Positions 1-13,477 of a stretch of 64,000 nucleotides of DNA are shown here, one piece after another. The notes beneath the pieces were generated by a model, which saw only the letters and a list, made by a program, of their open reading frames with translations, made no database searches and was not told the origin of the DNA. The DNA is from Felis catus (lineage: Eukaryota). The position numbers were made by a program, and so were the translations under genes. Within the stretch, counting starts at the first letter, position 1. The number at the start of each line of letters is the position of its first letter. The DNA is taken from the NCBI RefSeq assembly GCF_018350175.1, contig NC_058368.1, positions 195,798,001 through 195,862,000 on the forward strand, in the 5' to 3' direction.

Positions 1-1655
1 AAGTGGCAAGGACTCCATTTTTATCAGTAGTTAATTGAGCTTGCTCTGATGCCCTGTTTTGCTTAATTCTGTATCAGGCTTATTCTGATAGTCCATTCTT
101 GATAAGTTTTGACAGTACCTCTTACCATGTTTGCCCATGGCACCGAATCTAGGACATATGATTATATCCCTCAACGTCTCTGAATAAAGATCAATTTCCC
201 ACGGTATTCAATGCATTTTATATCAAAACCCCAATAAGCTTTCTCTTTTTGAAATTTTTACAATTTAATTATAAAATTACATACGGAAATGCTAAAAGGT
301 AAGACTAGCCAAGATACTTTTGAAGAGCAAATTTGGAGAACTTACCAGACTAAGATTTTCCATAAAGTGATAATTAAGACAACGTATTGCACATGGGCGG
401 CCAAATAGACCAATGGTAAGAAAATCCAGAAACATAATTACCTAGAGGTATTTGAATTACAATATGGCAATGTAGAACAGTAGGAGAAATGTTGTGCTTC
501 AATAAATGCTTCTGGCTCAGTTATCCATATGGGTAAAACAGAAAATGAAAACATAATTACTGCATACTATTCACAAAATCAGTTCCACCTAAACCTGTAA
601 TAGAGGGAAATGTATTGCAGTAAGTACAGATCAGACAAGAAGAAAGCCCGAAAATATCTAAGCATCCAACTCAATAGGTTAGAATAAAAAAGTATGGTGA
701 ACTACAAGAAAGTAAAAAAGGAAGTAATAAAAATAAGATTAAAAATGGAAAAAAAGAAGTAGGAACAACAAAATGTTGACTAAAAAGATCACTAATACCA
801 TGGCAATACAAAGAAAAAGGAGGTATAAATATCCATAGCAAGCAATGAAAGGAAACAGCATCACTTCAGAATCTACAGATAATTAAAGGATCTTAAAAAG
901 ATTTGAATACAACTAAATAAAAAATGCCAATTCATACATATATTCCAGAAAAGAGAGGAGCAAGGATTTCTAACATATTTTATGAGGCTAGCACTAATCA
1001 TGATGCTAAAGCCAGACAGAGACATTATAAGAAAAATACATTTGGTGGCCAATGTTTTTCCTGAACATAGACCATAGCCATCCTTAACAGAATATTTGCA
1101 AATCAGATTTAGCAATAGTTTAAAAGGAAAGTACATCACGGCCAAGTAGTGTTTAACTTAAAAATGCAAGGTTGGTCCAATATATGAAATCAATTGGTGT
1201 CATTCATCATATCAGCAGCCTAAAAAAAAAAAAAATAATAACCATGTGATCATTCAATGATGCAGAAGATTGACAAAAATTCCACATCTTTTTAGAGCAA
1301 AAACTCAGTGAACTAGAAACAAAGGATAGCTACTTCATAGTGTTAAAGAGCATCTATAAAAAAAAAAATCTAGTCATCATATTTAATTGTGAAAGACTAA
1401 ATGCTTGCCCCCAAGCATTTTTTTCATTTGGCAAATGGTCAAAGATGTTTGCTTTGCTCTCCCTAGTGAACATTGTGCTGGTGATCTTAGTGCAGTAAGG
1501 AAAGCAAGAAAGGGAAGGTGGTTGTGGTGGTGCAGCATACCTTTGGGGAAGGAAGAAATAAAATTGTCTCTATTGCAGACAACCTGGTCTTCCACATAGA
1601 ATATTTCAAAAACTACAACAACCACAAAACTAATAGACTTAATAAGTGGCTCTTG

Positions 1656-2137
1656 TGTGGAATTTTAAGAAACAAATGAGCAAAGGGGGAAAAAGGCAAA
1701 CTAAGAAACAGACTCATAACTATAGAGAACCAACTGGTGATTACCAAAGGGGAGGTGAATGGGGGGATGGGTTACATAGGTGATGGGGAGGGGCACCTGG
1801 GTGGCTCAGTTGGTTAAGCCTCCGACTTGACTTCGGCTCAGGTCGTGATCTTACTGTTTGTGAGTTCAAGCCCCACATTTGTCTCTGTGCTGACAGCTCA
1901 GAGCCTGGAGCCTGCTTCAGATTCTGTGTCTCCCTCTCTCTCTGCCCCTCCCCTGCTTGTGCTTTCTTGCTCTGTCTCTCAAAAATAAACATTAAATAGG
2001 TGATGGGGATTAAGGAATGCACTTGAACTGAGCACCAGGTGTTGTATGGAAGTGTCAAATCACTATATTGTACACCTGAAACTAATATTGAACTATATGT
2101 TAACTAACTGGAATTTAAATAAAAAGTGTAAAAAAAA
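1656..2137 (+). mobile_element. Carnivore L1 3' end with a CanSINE inserted at 1790-1995
   Basis: L1 tail (tgagcaccaggtgttgtatggaagt...aataaa-A tail) with TSD aagtg(g/a)ctcttg at 1644-1655 and 2138-2149. SINE TSD is ataggtgatgggga. Confidence 0.8.
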
Positions 2138-2307
2138 AAGTGACTCTTGAAAAAAATAAATGGAAAGATAGTGTGCTTACAGATGGAAAGAGTCAGTGTT
2201 AAGATATCAGTTCCCCTTAAATTGATGTGTATGTTGAATCACCCACAAAAATATTCCAGCAGGCATTTTTGTAAAAATTGACAAGCTGATCCAAAAATTT
2301 ATATGGA

Positions 2308-2505
2308 GGTGCATGTGGATGGCTCAGTTGCTTAAGTGTCCGACTCTTGGTTTCAGCTCAGGTCATGATCTCGTGGCTTTGTTGGTTCAAGCCCCACATT
2401 GGGCTCTGTGCTGGCAGTGTGGAGCTTGCTTGGGATTCTCTCTCTCTGCCCCTTCCCCACTTGTGCTCTGTCTCTCTCAAAATAAATAAATAAACTTAAA
2501 AATTT
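2308..2505 (+). mobile_element. CanSINE (older subfamily)
   Basis: tRNA-derived head (ggctcagttgcttaag...caggtcatgatctc), CT tract, A-rich tail. Confidence 0.85.
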
Positions 2506-4817
2506 CTATATGGAAATGCAAAAGACCTAGCATAAACAAAATACCTTTTGGTCAGTGGGGGGGGGGGGTGGTGGTAAGAAGAGTCATATTACCTGATTTC
2601 AAGGTTTGTAAAGTTAGAATAATCAAGTCTGTGGTATGGGTGTAAGAATAGACAGGCCTAATGGAACAGGATAGAGTCTAGAAACCAAACCATACATATA
2701 TGGACAACAGATTTTTAACAAGGTCATCAAAGTAACTCAATGGACAAAAGGTAGTCTTTTCAACAAATAATGTTGGAACAATTAGAAATCCATTTGCAAA
2801 AACAACCAAAAAGAATTTTGATCCATAGTTACACACCTTTTACAAAAATCAACTTGAAATAGGTCATGCATATATATGTAAAAGTAGAAACTATAAAGTT
2901 CTAGAAGCAAACAGAAGATAACTGACTTTCGTTATTCAACGGTTTTTCAAGCAAGAAATAAAAAAACCCCATGGCATGAAATTAAGAATTGATAAATTAG
3001 AGTTCATTAGAATGATAACTTATGTTATTTGAAATGCACTGTTAAGAAATTGCCATAGTTACAATACTTCAGATTCATCCTGCATATTGCCTCTGCCAGA
3101 CCTGGTGTCAGTCATTCCTCCAAACAGCACTGGTTTCTTTTGTGGGCAATGGTACTTGAAAACCCCAGTCTGTCTGCCACAGGTACTCATATCCAATGGG
3201 GTGTCACTGAGTCTTGACCACCTTCAGTGGACATGGCAACAAATCAGAACATACTGTTTTAAATTATGAGTTTATACTGTTACATTAATATTTTTCATAA
3301 AACCCTGATATTTTACTAGTATTTCTTTCATCTTACACTGAAAATAATGATTCCTAAACACATTAGCAGAATTATGTAATTATTTTCTCTTATAGTATGC
3401 TTAAACAAATATCAAATATTCAACACTAATATTACTATAACAATAAATGAACAAAACTTCAGATGAACAAAATATTCTTATGTTGATAACCTTCTTCATA
3501 ATATTTTTCCAGTTCAATGGCTATAAAAATTCAACCAAGTTAAAAATAATTACATTAACAAGCTAAAATTGCAAACTGATAAGTATCTAAGGAAGCATAG
3601 TCATGTATTAGATGGTCTATGAAAGCTCAAATTCTCCCTTCTTACTACCCGTAAAATTCTCTTTTTAAGTCATCTTTGCAGATGAATCATTGACATACTT
3701 CCCCACGTTGATTCTTAATTTCATATTCTAGATGTCTTTTTTGTTTTCTCATTACCAGCTCTATATCGTGCTTACCCACCAGGCATAGTCATGTCATCAT
3801 CATTTCTATTCATATCATTACAACCAGGAATTTCATCTTCCTTTTGTGCCAATGAAAGACTTGATGTTTGAGTCCTTATCTGTAATAGCTCCAGAAGAAC
3901 CCAGTCAGTCATCTTAATGAGGACCTCCTGTGGTACATCATATTGTGATATGAACTGAGGATTATACATTCTAATGGCTTATGCTTTAAGTGGATTAGAG
4001 ATTTTGAAAAATTCCTGCCACGGGGAAATAATGTATTTCTGAGTTGGTGAGACTGAAAGATCACAGAATTCTCTAGGAATGCATTCAGTTACTGCCTAGC
4101 ACTTACTCGTGCAAATCTGGATTTGTGAGAGATCTCAAGTAATCCTTGAGATGGTTATCTGGAAACTTCTCCAGTCTCCTGAACGACTATACTTCTTTCA
4201 CACCACCAGGAGCTTCATATCGCTGATGGTAATAGACTGCACACCCATCATGACTTACCTCTTTACCATACAATGCATGCCATGTGACCACAACCTCTTG
4301 GAATCTTTTCACCAGATTAAACAAGATAGCATCTTCACACAAAGGCTGTAGCAATATTTTAAAGCAGGAAAGCTGTTTTGGGAGCACACAGTTTTGTATC
4401 ATCAAAACAAAACAGAAAACTGTTTTTAATGCCTTTCCTTTATACCTGGCAGAAAAATCAAAATATCCGACAAACAAAAGAGCTACTTAGTTTTCATTTT
4501 TCAGAAGTCATAATTCAAACCCAGGTATTCTGATTTCAGAGTCCACACTTATAACCACTGTGTTGTGCTGCCCCTCCTGCTTTGCTCTCCCTTCTAAACT
4601 GTGCTTTGAGCTAGTTCATGCTTTGTGATGCCTGCACAAAGGCAGCATATAGTTGCTTTCTATTCAGCAACCTTCATTTTCACCAAAAAAGATCTGCACT
4701 TAAAAAAACTTTTTACATCTCTATTCAAAATTTTATCTTAATCCTAAAGCTTTGGTGTTCAAAAAGGACCAATCCTACATCCTGGCAGTGAGAATTGGTT
4801 GGAAACACATAAACATG

Positions 4818-5022
4818 GGGGCACCTGGGTGGCTTAGTCAGTTAAGCATCCGACTCTTGGTTTCCTCTCAGGTCATGATCTCATGGTTTGTGGGATTGAG
4901 TCCTGCATCTGGCTCTGTGCTGACAGTGTGAAGCCTGCTTAGGATTCTCTCTCTCCCTCTCCCTCTGCCTCTCCCCCACTCATGCTCCCTCAAAATAAAG
5001 AAACAAACACACATTTAAAAAA
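4818..5022 (+). mobile_element. CanSINE
   Basis: ggggcacctgggtggcttagtc head, with the TSD-like ggaaacacataaacatg on both sides. Confidence 0.9.
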
Positions 5023-6724
5023 TTGTTCTGGAAACACATAAACATGAAAATCAGGCTGGATTTTTAAATAAGCTAAGAAAACCGGTGCATAAAGAACATT
5101 GGAGAGACCACTGATGCTACATATTCAGTGAACCCCCCTAAGCTTTGTCCTTCTAAGATTGGACCATCTAGAAATATAGTACCTTGGGAGGTATGTCGTG
5201 ATTAATGATACTCTCTTTTTGTTGCAGGTGGTGACAAAAAATTACCAGCAGACACTGGCTCTGGATTTTGTTGAGATGATCAAGAGAAAGCCTGATCAGA
5301 TGTCTCATATTGCTTTAGGATCCCTTATCTAAGGAAACCCTTGGTGAGCTCCTGCATATGGCTGTCTGAAGAAGGTCACAGCATCCATAAGTATACCTAT
5401 GAAAGGTAGGCCAAACCAGCCATTAGAGGGGCATTATGGTCACGTAATGACAAAACATGATCATGAACATATTGTAAGAGTCTCATACTATATACATGAA
5501 GTGGTACATTCCTTGCAGGTAGATTGGGACAAGCTGGAAGTATATGGTAGAAATGCTAAATAAACTAAAATAACTAAACATTTATAGCTAATAATCCAAA
5601 AAAAGGATAAAAAAGAATAACAAATATACAATTAATCCAACAGAAGGCAGAAAAAGGGAAAAGATAGCAAAAGATAGGACAAATAGAAATCAAAATTGAG
5701 ATGATACACTTGATCTAACAAATATATATTTTCACATTAAATATAAATGATCTAAACACCAATTAAAAGAGTAGGTTGTCATATTGGATAAAAAGGCACA
5801 GCCCAAATTTATGCTGCCTGTAAGAAGCACACTTTAAATATAAAGACACAAATAGGTTAAAATAATGAAAAAAGATATACCAGGCTAACTCAAATTAAAA
5901 TTATAGAAGGAACTGTATTAATATTAGACAAAATATATTTCAGAACTAAGAGTAATTACAAGGGATAAAGAAAAACATTTCATAATGATAAAGGGGTCAG
6001 TTTATTAAGAGGATGTAATCCTAAAAGTTTACACACCCAATAGCTGAATTTCAAAATACATGAAGCAAAGACTGATAGAACTATATGGAAAACTAGACAA
6101 GTTCATAACTGTAGTTGGAAATTTCAGTCCCCTCTCTTAATAATTAATTGAACATGGAGATAAGCGATCAGCAAGGATAGAGATAGACTTGAACATCCTC
6201 ACTACCAACCAACTCGACCTAATTAGCATTTGTAAGAACATTCCACCTAACAACAACAGAATACACATTGCTTTTAAGTGCATGCAGAACATTTACTAAG
6301 GTAGATCATATTAAGGGGTCATAAAACAAGTCTCAATAAATTTAAAAGGTAAAGTGTACTTTCTGAGCACAACAGCATTAAGTTAGGAATCAGTAACAAA
6401 AGTATCTCCCAATATTTGGAAACTAAATACATCTTTCTGAATAATCCACTGGTCAAAGAAAAAATTAAAAGGGAAATAAAGTATTGTGAACTGAATGAAA
6501 ATGAAAACATAACATATCTAAAGTTGTGGGATGCCTCTTAAAGCAGTACTTGAAGGGAAATGTAAAGCACTAAATACCTTTATTGGAAAAGATGAAAGGC
6601 TATGGCCTCTCACTTTCCACCTTAAGAAGCTAGTAAAAGGGAAGAATGAAACCCATGGTAAAGAGAAGAAAGGAAATAATGAAGTTCAGAGAACAAATCA
6701 AATGGGAAAAAAATAGAGCAAATA

Positions 6725-7063
6725 CAGTTGACCCTTGAACGATGTGGGGGTTAGGGGTGCCAGTCCCCCATGCAATTTGAAAATCTGCATATAACTTTTG
6801 ATTCCCCCAAAACTTTACTAGTATGCCTACTGTTCTCTGAAAGATTTACTGATAACATATAAACAGTTGATTAACACATATTTTGTGTGTTGTATGTGTT
6901 ATACACTGTATTCTTACAATAAAATAAGCTAGGGAAAAGATAATATTAAGAATATCCTAAAGAAGAGAAAATAACATCTTAGTGCTGTACTGCATTTATT
7001 GGAAAAAATATGTGTATAAGGAGACCCATGCAATTCAAACCTGTGTTGTTGGAGGATCAACTG
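6725..7063. mobile_element. Tigger2-family (TcMar-Tigger) MITE
   Basis: TIRs cagttgacccttgaac ... gttggaggatcaactg, with TA target duplications at 6723-6724 and 7064-7065. Confidence 0.85.
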
Positions 7064-7340
7064 TAAAAGAAAGCAAAAGTTGGCTTTTTGAGAAGATTGA
7101 TGTGAGTCACAGTCTCATCAGGATAAAAGAGAGAAAACGATCGGAATCAGAAGTGGCAGAAGTGACATAACTACAGATTCTGCAGACATCCAAATAATAA
7201 GAAAATATTATGAACATCTTAATGCCAGTAAACCTGATAGCTTGGATGAAAGGGACAATTCCCGTGAAAGATCAAAATACAAAAATCAATGTATATCTAC
7301 ATAGTAACAACAAACAGAAACCAAATTTAAAAACAGTGCT

Positions 7341-7490
7341 AGGGTCATCTGGGTGGCTCAGTTGGCTAAGCGTCCAACTCTTGATCTCAGCTCAGGTCTT
7401 GATCTCAGGGTCGTGAGTTCAACATCTGCGTTGAGCTCGGTATTGGGCATGAAGCTTACTTAAAAAACAAACAAACAAACAAAAAAAACC
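7341..7490 (+). mobile_element. Short CanSINE
   Basis: gggtcatctgggtggctcagttgg head and A-rich tail. Confidence 0.8.
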
Positions 7491-8299
7491 AGCACCAGTA
7501 GTAGCATTAAAATATGCAATATAAATATACCTAATAAAATATATGCAAAACCTATACACTGAACACTATAGAACACTGCTGAGAGAAATAAAAAGAACCC
7601 AAATAAATGGAAAACTGTATCTGGTTGGTTGGGCAGAAGACTCAAGATCCCAAGTTTCCCCAAACTGGTCTATACATTTGACATAATCCCTATCTAAATC
7701 TCAGCAGGCAATTTTTGTTTGTTCGCTTTTGTAGAATTTGGCAAGCTGATTCTAAAATTCATATGGAAATACAAAAAACGTAAACAAGTCAAAACATTCT
7801 TGAAAAGGAAACATAAATTTGGAGAGCTTCCTACTCAATTTCAATACTTTCTGTTAAAGCTACAGTATCAAGAGAGTGTGATACCAGCTTAAAGTAAGAT
7901 ATATATGACTCCATTTATATGATGTCCTGAAATAGGCTAAATTAATCTCTGATATAAGAAATCAGATTGTACACCCAAAACTAACATAACACTGTATGTT
8001 ACCTATACTGGAATTAAAGTTTTAAAAAAGTCAGAGCAGTAGTTGTCTCAGTGAGTGGGTTAACTGGAAGAGACATAAAGGAATTGATGAAAATTTTCTG
8101 TATTTGGGTATGTATTTCTTAAAACTCATCAAGCAATTCACTTAAATTGTTTGCACTTCACTGTGTGGTACTTATATACAATGAAACAAGACAACAAAAA
8201 ATCACATTGTAGATGAAAAAAACACAAAATTTGTAGCATTATAAATGAAAAGTATTTCAGTGAGAGAACAGAATATGAAGGTGCAACCTACTTTATATA

Positions 8300-8313
8300 T
8301 TTTTTTAATGTTT

Positions 8314-8358
<45 letters not shown>

Positions 8359-8534
8359 AGAGAGAAAGAGCACAGAGGGGGAAGGGCAGCGAGAAAGAGA
8401 GAGAGAATCCCAAGCAGGCTCCATGCCATGAGCGCAGAGCCCAATGAGGGGTTCAAACTCACAAACTGTGAGATCATGACCTGAGCTGAGATCAAGAGCC
8501 AGATGCTTAACCAACTGCACCACCCAAGCACCCC
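8300..8534 (-). mobile_element. CanSINE with (TTTA)n tail
   Basis: Reverse-complement CanSINE head ...ccacccaagcacccc, preceded by an (attt)n tail. Confidence 0.85.
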
Positions 8535-9315
8535 ATCTACTTTGTATTTTTTAACAGTAGTTGGTAGTGTTCTGAGGTTCAGGTCTTTTGGAAAAGGATC
8601 TTCATACTATTATGGTTATAAAGCAATGAGATGATTTGGAATAACCTGCTTTAATATCTGTATTTGTTGCCTATTTCCATATTTCCTCCTTTTTAGCATT
8701 TCCACTTAGGTATATAATCTTAGGCTCCTTTCCATTGGCTTGTATCAAGGTTTCTGGGATCACATAGGATTACAAAACAAACCCAAAACAAAAGGGGCGG
8801 GGTCTATGGTTGTATCCTGTCTTCAGAATTTCAGACCTCCCCGAGTTGTCTGGACTGGACAAGTGCTGTCTCCATGCTGAGACCGATAAGCTTGAAACCC
8901 ACGACCCGTGGGCAGAAGTGTCTGTTCAGGGTGGAAGCAGAGGAAGATGAGGAGGAGGAGGACAAGAAACCCTTGTCCTCAACACAAGTGGTTTTATGCT
9001 GGAAGCCACAGGTGACTACTACCACCTAACATCGAGGAAGAGTGCTCTGTCTTCAGCCAGGCCTTTGAGGAAAGGGAATCTGACAATGGGTCTGACACAG
9101 ATGAGAATCTACCTCCCAAGCTGAGCAGATTGAAAATGAATGTGGCTTCTCCCGGGACAATTCACAAATGCTGCCACCAGAAGAGAAGTCAGGGCCGGGG
9201 CTCCAGCCGCAGTACTTTGGAGGCCAGAGACGATGCCGTTTGATAAAGGTATTCTGGCCTTATTGCTGTTCCTGGAAATGTCCCAAAAGCTTAGAACAAT
9301 GCCTGTCGCCTGTCA

Positions 9316-9720
9316 GGGGCGCCCGGTGGTTCAGTCTGACTTTGACCCACGTCATGATCTCACAGTTTGTGAGTTCGAGCCCCGCGTCGGGCTCTGTGTT
9401 GACAGCTCAGAGCCTGGAGCCTGCTTCAGATTCTGTGTCTCCCTCTCTCTCTGCCCCATCCCCACTCATGCTCTGTCTCTCTCTGTCTTAAAAATAAATA
9501 AAACAGGGGCGCCTGGGTGGCGCAGTCGGTTAAGCGTCCGACTTCAGCCAGGTCACGATCTTAGCGGTCCGTGAGTTCGAGCCCCGCGTCGGGCTCTGGG
9601 CTGATGGCTCAGAGCCTGGCGCTTGCTTCCGATTCTGTGTCTCCCTCTCTCTCTGCCCCTCCCCCATTCATGCTCTGTCTCTCTCTGTCCCCAAAATAAA
9701 TAAACGTTGGAAAAAAAAAT

Positions 9721-9751
<31 letters not shown>

Positions 9752-9784
9752 AAAAACATTAGAAAAAATTTTTTAAAAAAGAAA
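9316..9784 (+). mobile_element. Two nested CanSINEs (young SINEC_Fc-type copy at ~9506-9757 inserted in the tail of an older copy)
   Basis: Two heads, at 9316 and 9506. The outer TSD aatgcctgtc is at 9298-9307 and 9785-9794. Confidence 0.9.
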
Positions 9785-10535
9785 AATGCCTGTCACAGAG
9801 TAGGTATCCCATAAATATTTGCCAAATGAATTAAATAAAAATTTCTTGATTCTGTTCATGGGAAAATAGAGACTTAGGTAGCTGCAGCCTTTCAGTTTAG
9901 TAAGTGTTATTTAATATATATTTTGTAGGGGCAGAGAACATATGCCTTAGGCTTGTCTATAGCTAAAAAGCTGGTTGTTGGAGGAAAAGTTGGCCTGGAA
10001 GCTTAGAGAGGTAATGTAAGAGTTAGTGAGCGTTAGTTGAGATCAAGAGAAATGAGGTAGATTCTATGATAAGCTAGCAGCAACTGGGTGATAACTAAAT
10101 CACCCAATAAGTATGACAGGTTACTTCATACTTCATGTATGATGACTTCTTTGTGTTCATGGCACCCAAACCCCTTATTGACCAGAAAGGTCCATGAATC
10201 AGACCTGCTGTCTCTAGCCTTAGCGTGGTGGCTCTCGTGACATTAGAAGCCATATTTATTTGGCATCTGATTTAAGTGACAGAGTCTGTAGAGAAAAGTC
10301 CAGATAAGTTCTCAAGTTGCTATTGCCATAATTAAGAAACTGTGCTGAATGTTTTGAAAAACATCACAAACATCACAGCTCTCAAAATCCACTTAAATCA
10401 TGTGATTTAAGATTAAAGACTGGCAGAAAAAATTTAACCATATAAATGACCTATTTGACAACTCCTGTACATTTGAATTAATTTTCTGAATATGTGTTGC
10501 TTCATATTATTTTTAAAATATTTATATAGGATAAA

Positions 10536-10747
10536 TTTTTTTTTCAATGTTTATTTATTTTTGGGACAGAGAGAGACAGAGCATGAACGGGGGAGGGGCA
10601 GAGAGAGAGGGAGACACAGAATCGGAAACAGGCTCCAGGCTCTGAGCCATCAGCCCAGAGCCTGACGCAGGGCTCGAACTCCCGGACCGCGAGATGGTGA
10701 CCTGGCTGAAGTCGGACGCCTAACCGACTGCGCCACCCAGGCGCCCC
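10536..10747 (-). mobile_element. Young felid CanSINE (SINEC_Fc-type)
   Basis: Near-consensus CpG-rich copy with TSD taggataaa. Confidence 0.92.
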
Positions 10748-10899
10748 TAGGATAAAAATTTTTAATGCATTTCTCTAAAGTGTTTACAAACCCACTGTAA
10801 TTATGTGTAGCATATATAGATATGAATGATTTATTCTAATTGTATTATTCTCCTTATCCCAAATATTTTTCTTTCTAATGCTGAATACCCTTAGATTTA

Positions 10900-10931
10900 T
10901 TTTTTTATTTTTTTAATGTTTGTTTATTTTT

Positions 10932-10962
<31 letters not shown>

Positions 10963-11119
10963 TGGAAGAGGAGCAGAGAGAGAGGGGGACAGAGGATCCT
11001 AAGCAGGCTCCATGCTGACAGCAGCAGAGAGCCAGATGTGGGGTTTAAGCTCATGAACCATGAGATCGTGACCTGAGCCGAAGTTGGATGTTCAACCCAC
11101 TGAACCACCCAGGCATCCC
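10900..11119 (-). mobile_element. CanSINE
   Basis: Reverse-oriented head, (GA)n tract and T-rich tail. Confidence 0.85.
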
Positions 11120-11997
11120 AGAATTTTTTATTTTTGGATTCAAGTTAGTTAACTGAATCCCCTTAGATTTTTAAATTCAAAACCTGAACAATATCACAGG
11201 ATATTTGATGCCTAAGTTAGATCTCCATGGAAAATTTAGCCTACTATCATGGGCTCCATGATAAAATATCTAGTTCATAGACAAGAACTAAATTAGTCAT
11301 AATATGGGGTAATTTTTGTTTTCTAGTTATTGTGAAGTTGAGAGTATCATTTAGACATATAATTCTCAAGGTTTAGTGTTCGTTATAATTACTAGGTTCA
11401 TTCCAGTCCAGTTAAATGTTCAGAGCTGTGTAAACATGGATTCAAAACCAGAAAATGTTTCCTAAGTTCTAGCTACTGGAAAAGAAGCTTGACATATGGT
11501 AATGTGGAAACATTTTCTAGAAATATCAAGTTGATACTCTTTCCTATTATACTGGATTCAACAAGTATCAAGAGTTTTGACTCTCTCTTTCCCAGGCTCA
11601 GTTAGAACACCATGCAGACACTGAGAATAGTATGTACATATGCTATTCAGACTTGAGTGTTGAGTAAATAGAATTGCCTTAAATGAACAGAAGAGAAATA
11701 GAAGGCTCATAATTACTTGATAATTTTCAGCCCAATCTAACTGGAGTTATGGTATTGCCATTCATAGCTTCTGGGATAACTATTGGTGAAACAAGTTTTG
11801 GAGGGAAAGTAATAGTTCCATATACAATGTTGATCTTTTCATCAATATGTAAGAGCTATAAGTTACAATTTTTATTTTTTATGTTTTTTTAACATTGCCA
11901 ATTGTAAATTTTTGATAACTGGTTGTATTTTTTGTGGGTGCATTTTTAATCAGACTTTTAAATACATTTCTCACACAAAGATGTTTAAATAACTCTT

Positions 11998-12155
11998 GGG
12001 GCACTTGGGTGGCTCAGTTGGCTAAGTGTCTGAGGCTCAGGTCATGATCTCATGGTTCATGAGATCGAGCCCCATGTGGGGGCTCTGTGATTCTCTCTCT
12101 CTCTCCCTCTGCCTCTCCCCTGCTTGCATGTTCTCTCTCTCTCAAAAAAAAACTT
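11998..12155 (+). mobile_element. CanSINE (internally deleted)
   Basis: ggggcacttgggtggctcag head, CT tract and A tail. Confidence 0.8.
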
Positions 12156-13477
12156 TTTTTTTAACTTTTAATTTTCTTTAGTACATTTTAACCTTAACTC
12201 TTAAATCGTTTATCTATTTGAAGTTATTCTACAGTAAACTACGCAATATGAGTGAAATGTTCCTCCCTAGGGCTATCCAGTAGTCTCAATTCTCAAGTCT
12301 AATTATTGAACATTTCATCTTTCCTAGGCTGATATGAAGCATCAACTTCACAATATATGATATTTTTGTATGTGATTGAGCTTATTGTTTTGTTCTTTTG
12401 AGAAGACAGTATATAAAATCCAAGTTTGGAAATGTGAATATCAAGAGCCATTGGAACATCTGTGTGTCTCTGAATACTTCCTCTAATTTACCCCCATTGT
12501 TTATAATTTTCTGCCTCACTCAAGTCCAATGTACTGCATATATTGAAACATGCTTCAATTTTATCATATGCAAACTGATCAATATATCATTTGTATTTAT
12601 AATTTACTCTAAGTATATTCATCCCATCTGTCATGCCTGCTGCCTTTAGCTTTCTTTGCTCCCTGCTTTGCATTGCATGCCCCACTGATCCTCAGTGTAG
12701 ACAGAGATGACAGCTGGAAGATATATTAAAAGAAGTTCTAGATTATGAAGAACTATGAGCCCAGAGGATGGTTAAGAGAGGTGAGGGTCAGAAACATTCT
12801 CACTGGAGCCCAGTGTTCCTTTCATGCATGCTCAGAAATGTGTCATTGTCTTTCCCCAAGTACCTTAAGAGAAGCCACATTCCACAATGCACAGTACGGT
12901 GTCTGGGGAGCTCTGGATGTTCTGACATATTCTAATTCACTCTCAGTGAATTCACTCTCCCTGCCACTGTCATTACTGCAATTCATGCAGGTCCCTGCAA
13001 AAAAATAAATAACTAAATAAAAAATAAAGAATTAAAAATAGCTCTGTAACTCTCTCCTCCATGTAAGCACTCTGATGGAATTTACAAGTAAGAAGATAAC
13101 CAAAGAAGTTCTCATCTAAGAATGTTTTTAGCAGCATTTTTGCATTGCTTATTATAAACTAACCTGGAATTTATGGATTAGGGGTCATAACTCAGAGAAC
13201 AGAAGTTAGTCACATAGGTTCCCTGTGTAACTGATGGAATGTAAAAACTAAGAGGCCCTGAACTTAAACAGCTTCCTCAGGCAAACTGTACAACACACAC
13301 AGTGAATATTCATCTCTTATTCTGAAAACAAAATATATCCCAGTGCAAAAATCTATTTTTTGGAGGCACAGATGATAGTTTGGACTCCTCCAGAGATAGA
13401 TATCGCTATCTTTGTGCCTGCTTTTTGCTTGTATCCTTCACTAATTATTAGTAAAATTTGCTATTAAGTACACAGCA

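Larger units (their letters stand above)
230..3050 (+). mobile_element. Old L1M (ORF2 / 3' region) fragments, interrupted by a younger L1 3' end and SINEs
   Basis: A-rich degenerate ORF2-like sequence (e.g. atgcaaggttggtccaatat, aattgacaagctgat, gtctttttcaacaaata). Boundaries are approximate. Confidence 0.7.
5470..8170 (+). mobile_element. Old L1M (ORF2 endonuclease region plus 3' pieces), interrupted by a MITE and a SINE
   Basis: Degenerate L1 ORF2 motifs (tgctgcctgtaagaagcacactttaaa, cataatgataaaggggtca, aacaagtctcaataaattt). Boundaries are approximate. Confidence 0.75.

Noticed and set aside
5228..5405. Good + strand acceptor followed by a short open frame (VVTKNYQQ...)
   Set aside because: It stops after 34 codons, has no recognisable product, and is an isolated splice signal.
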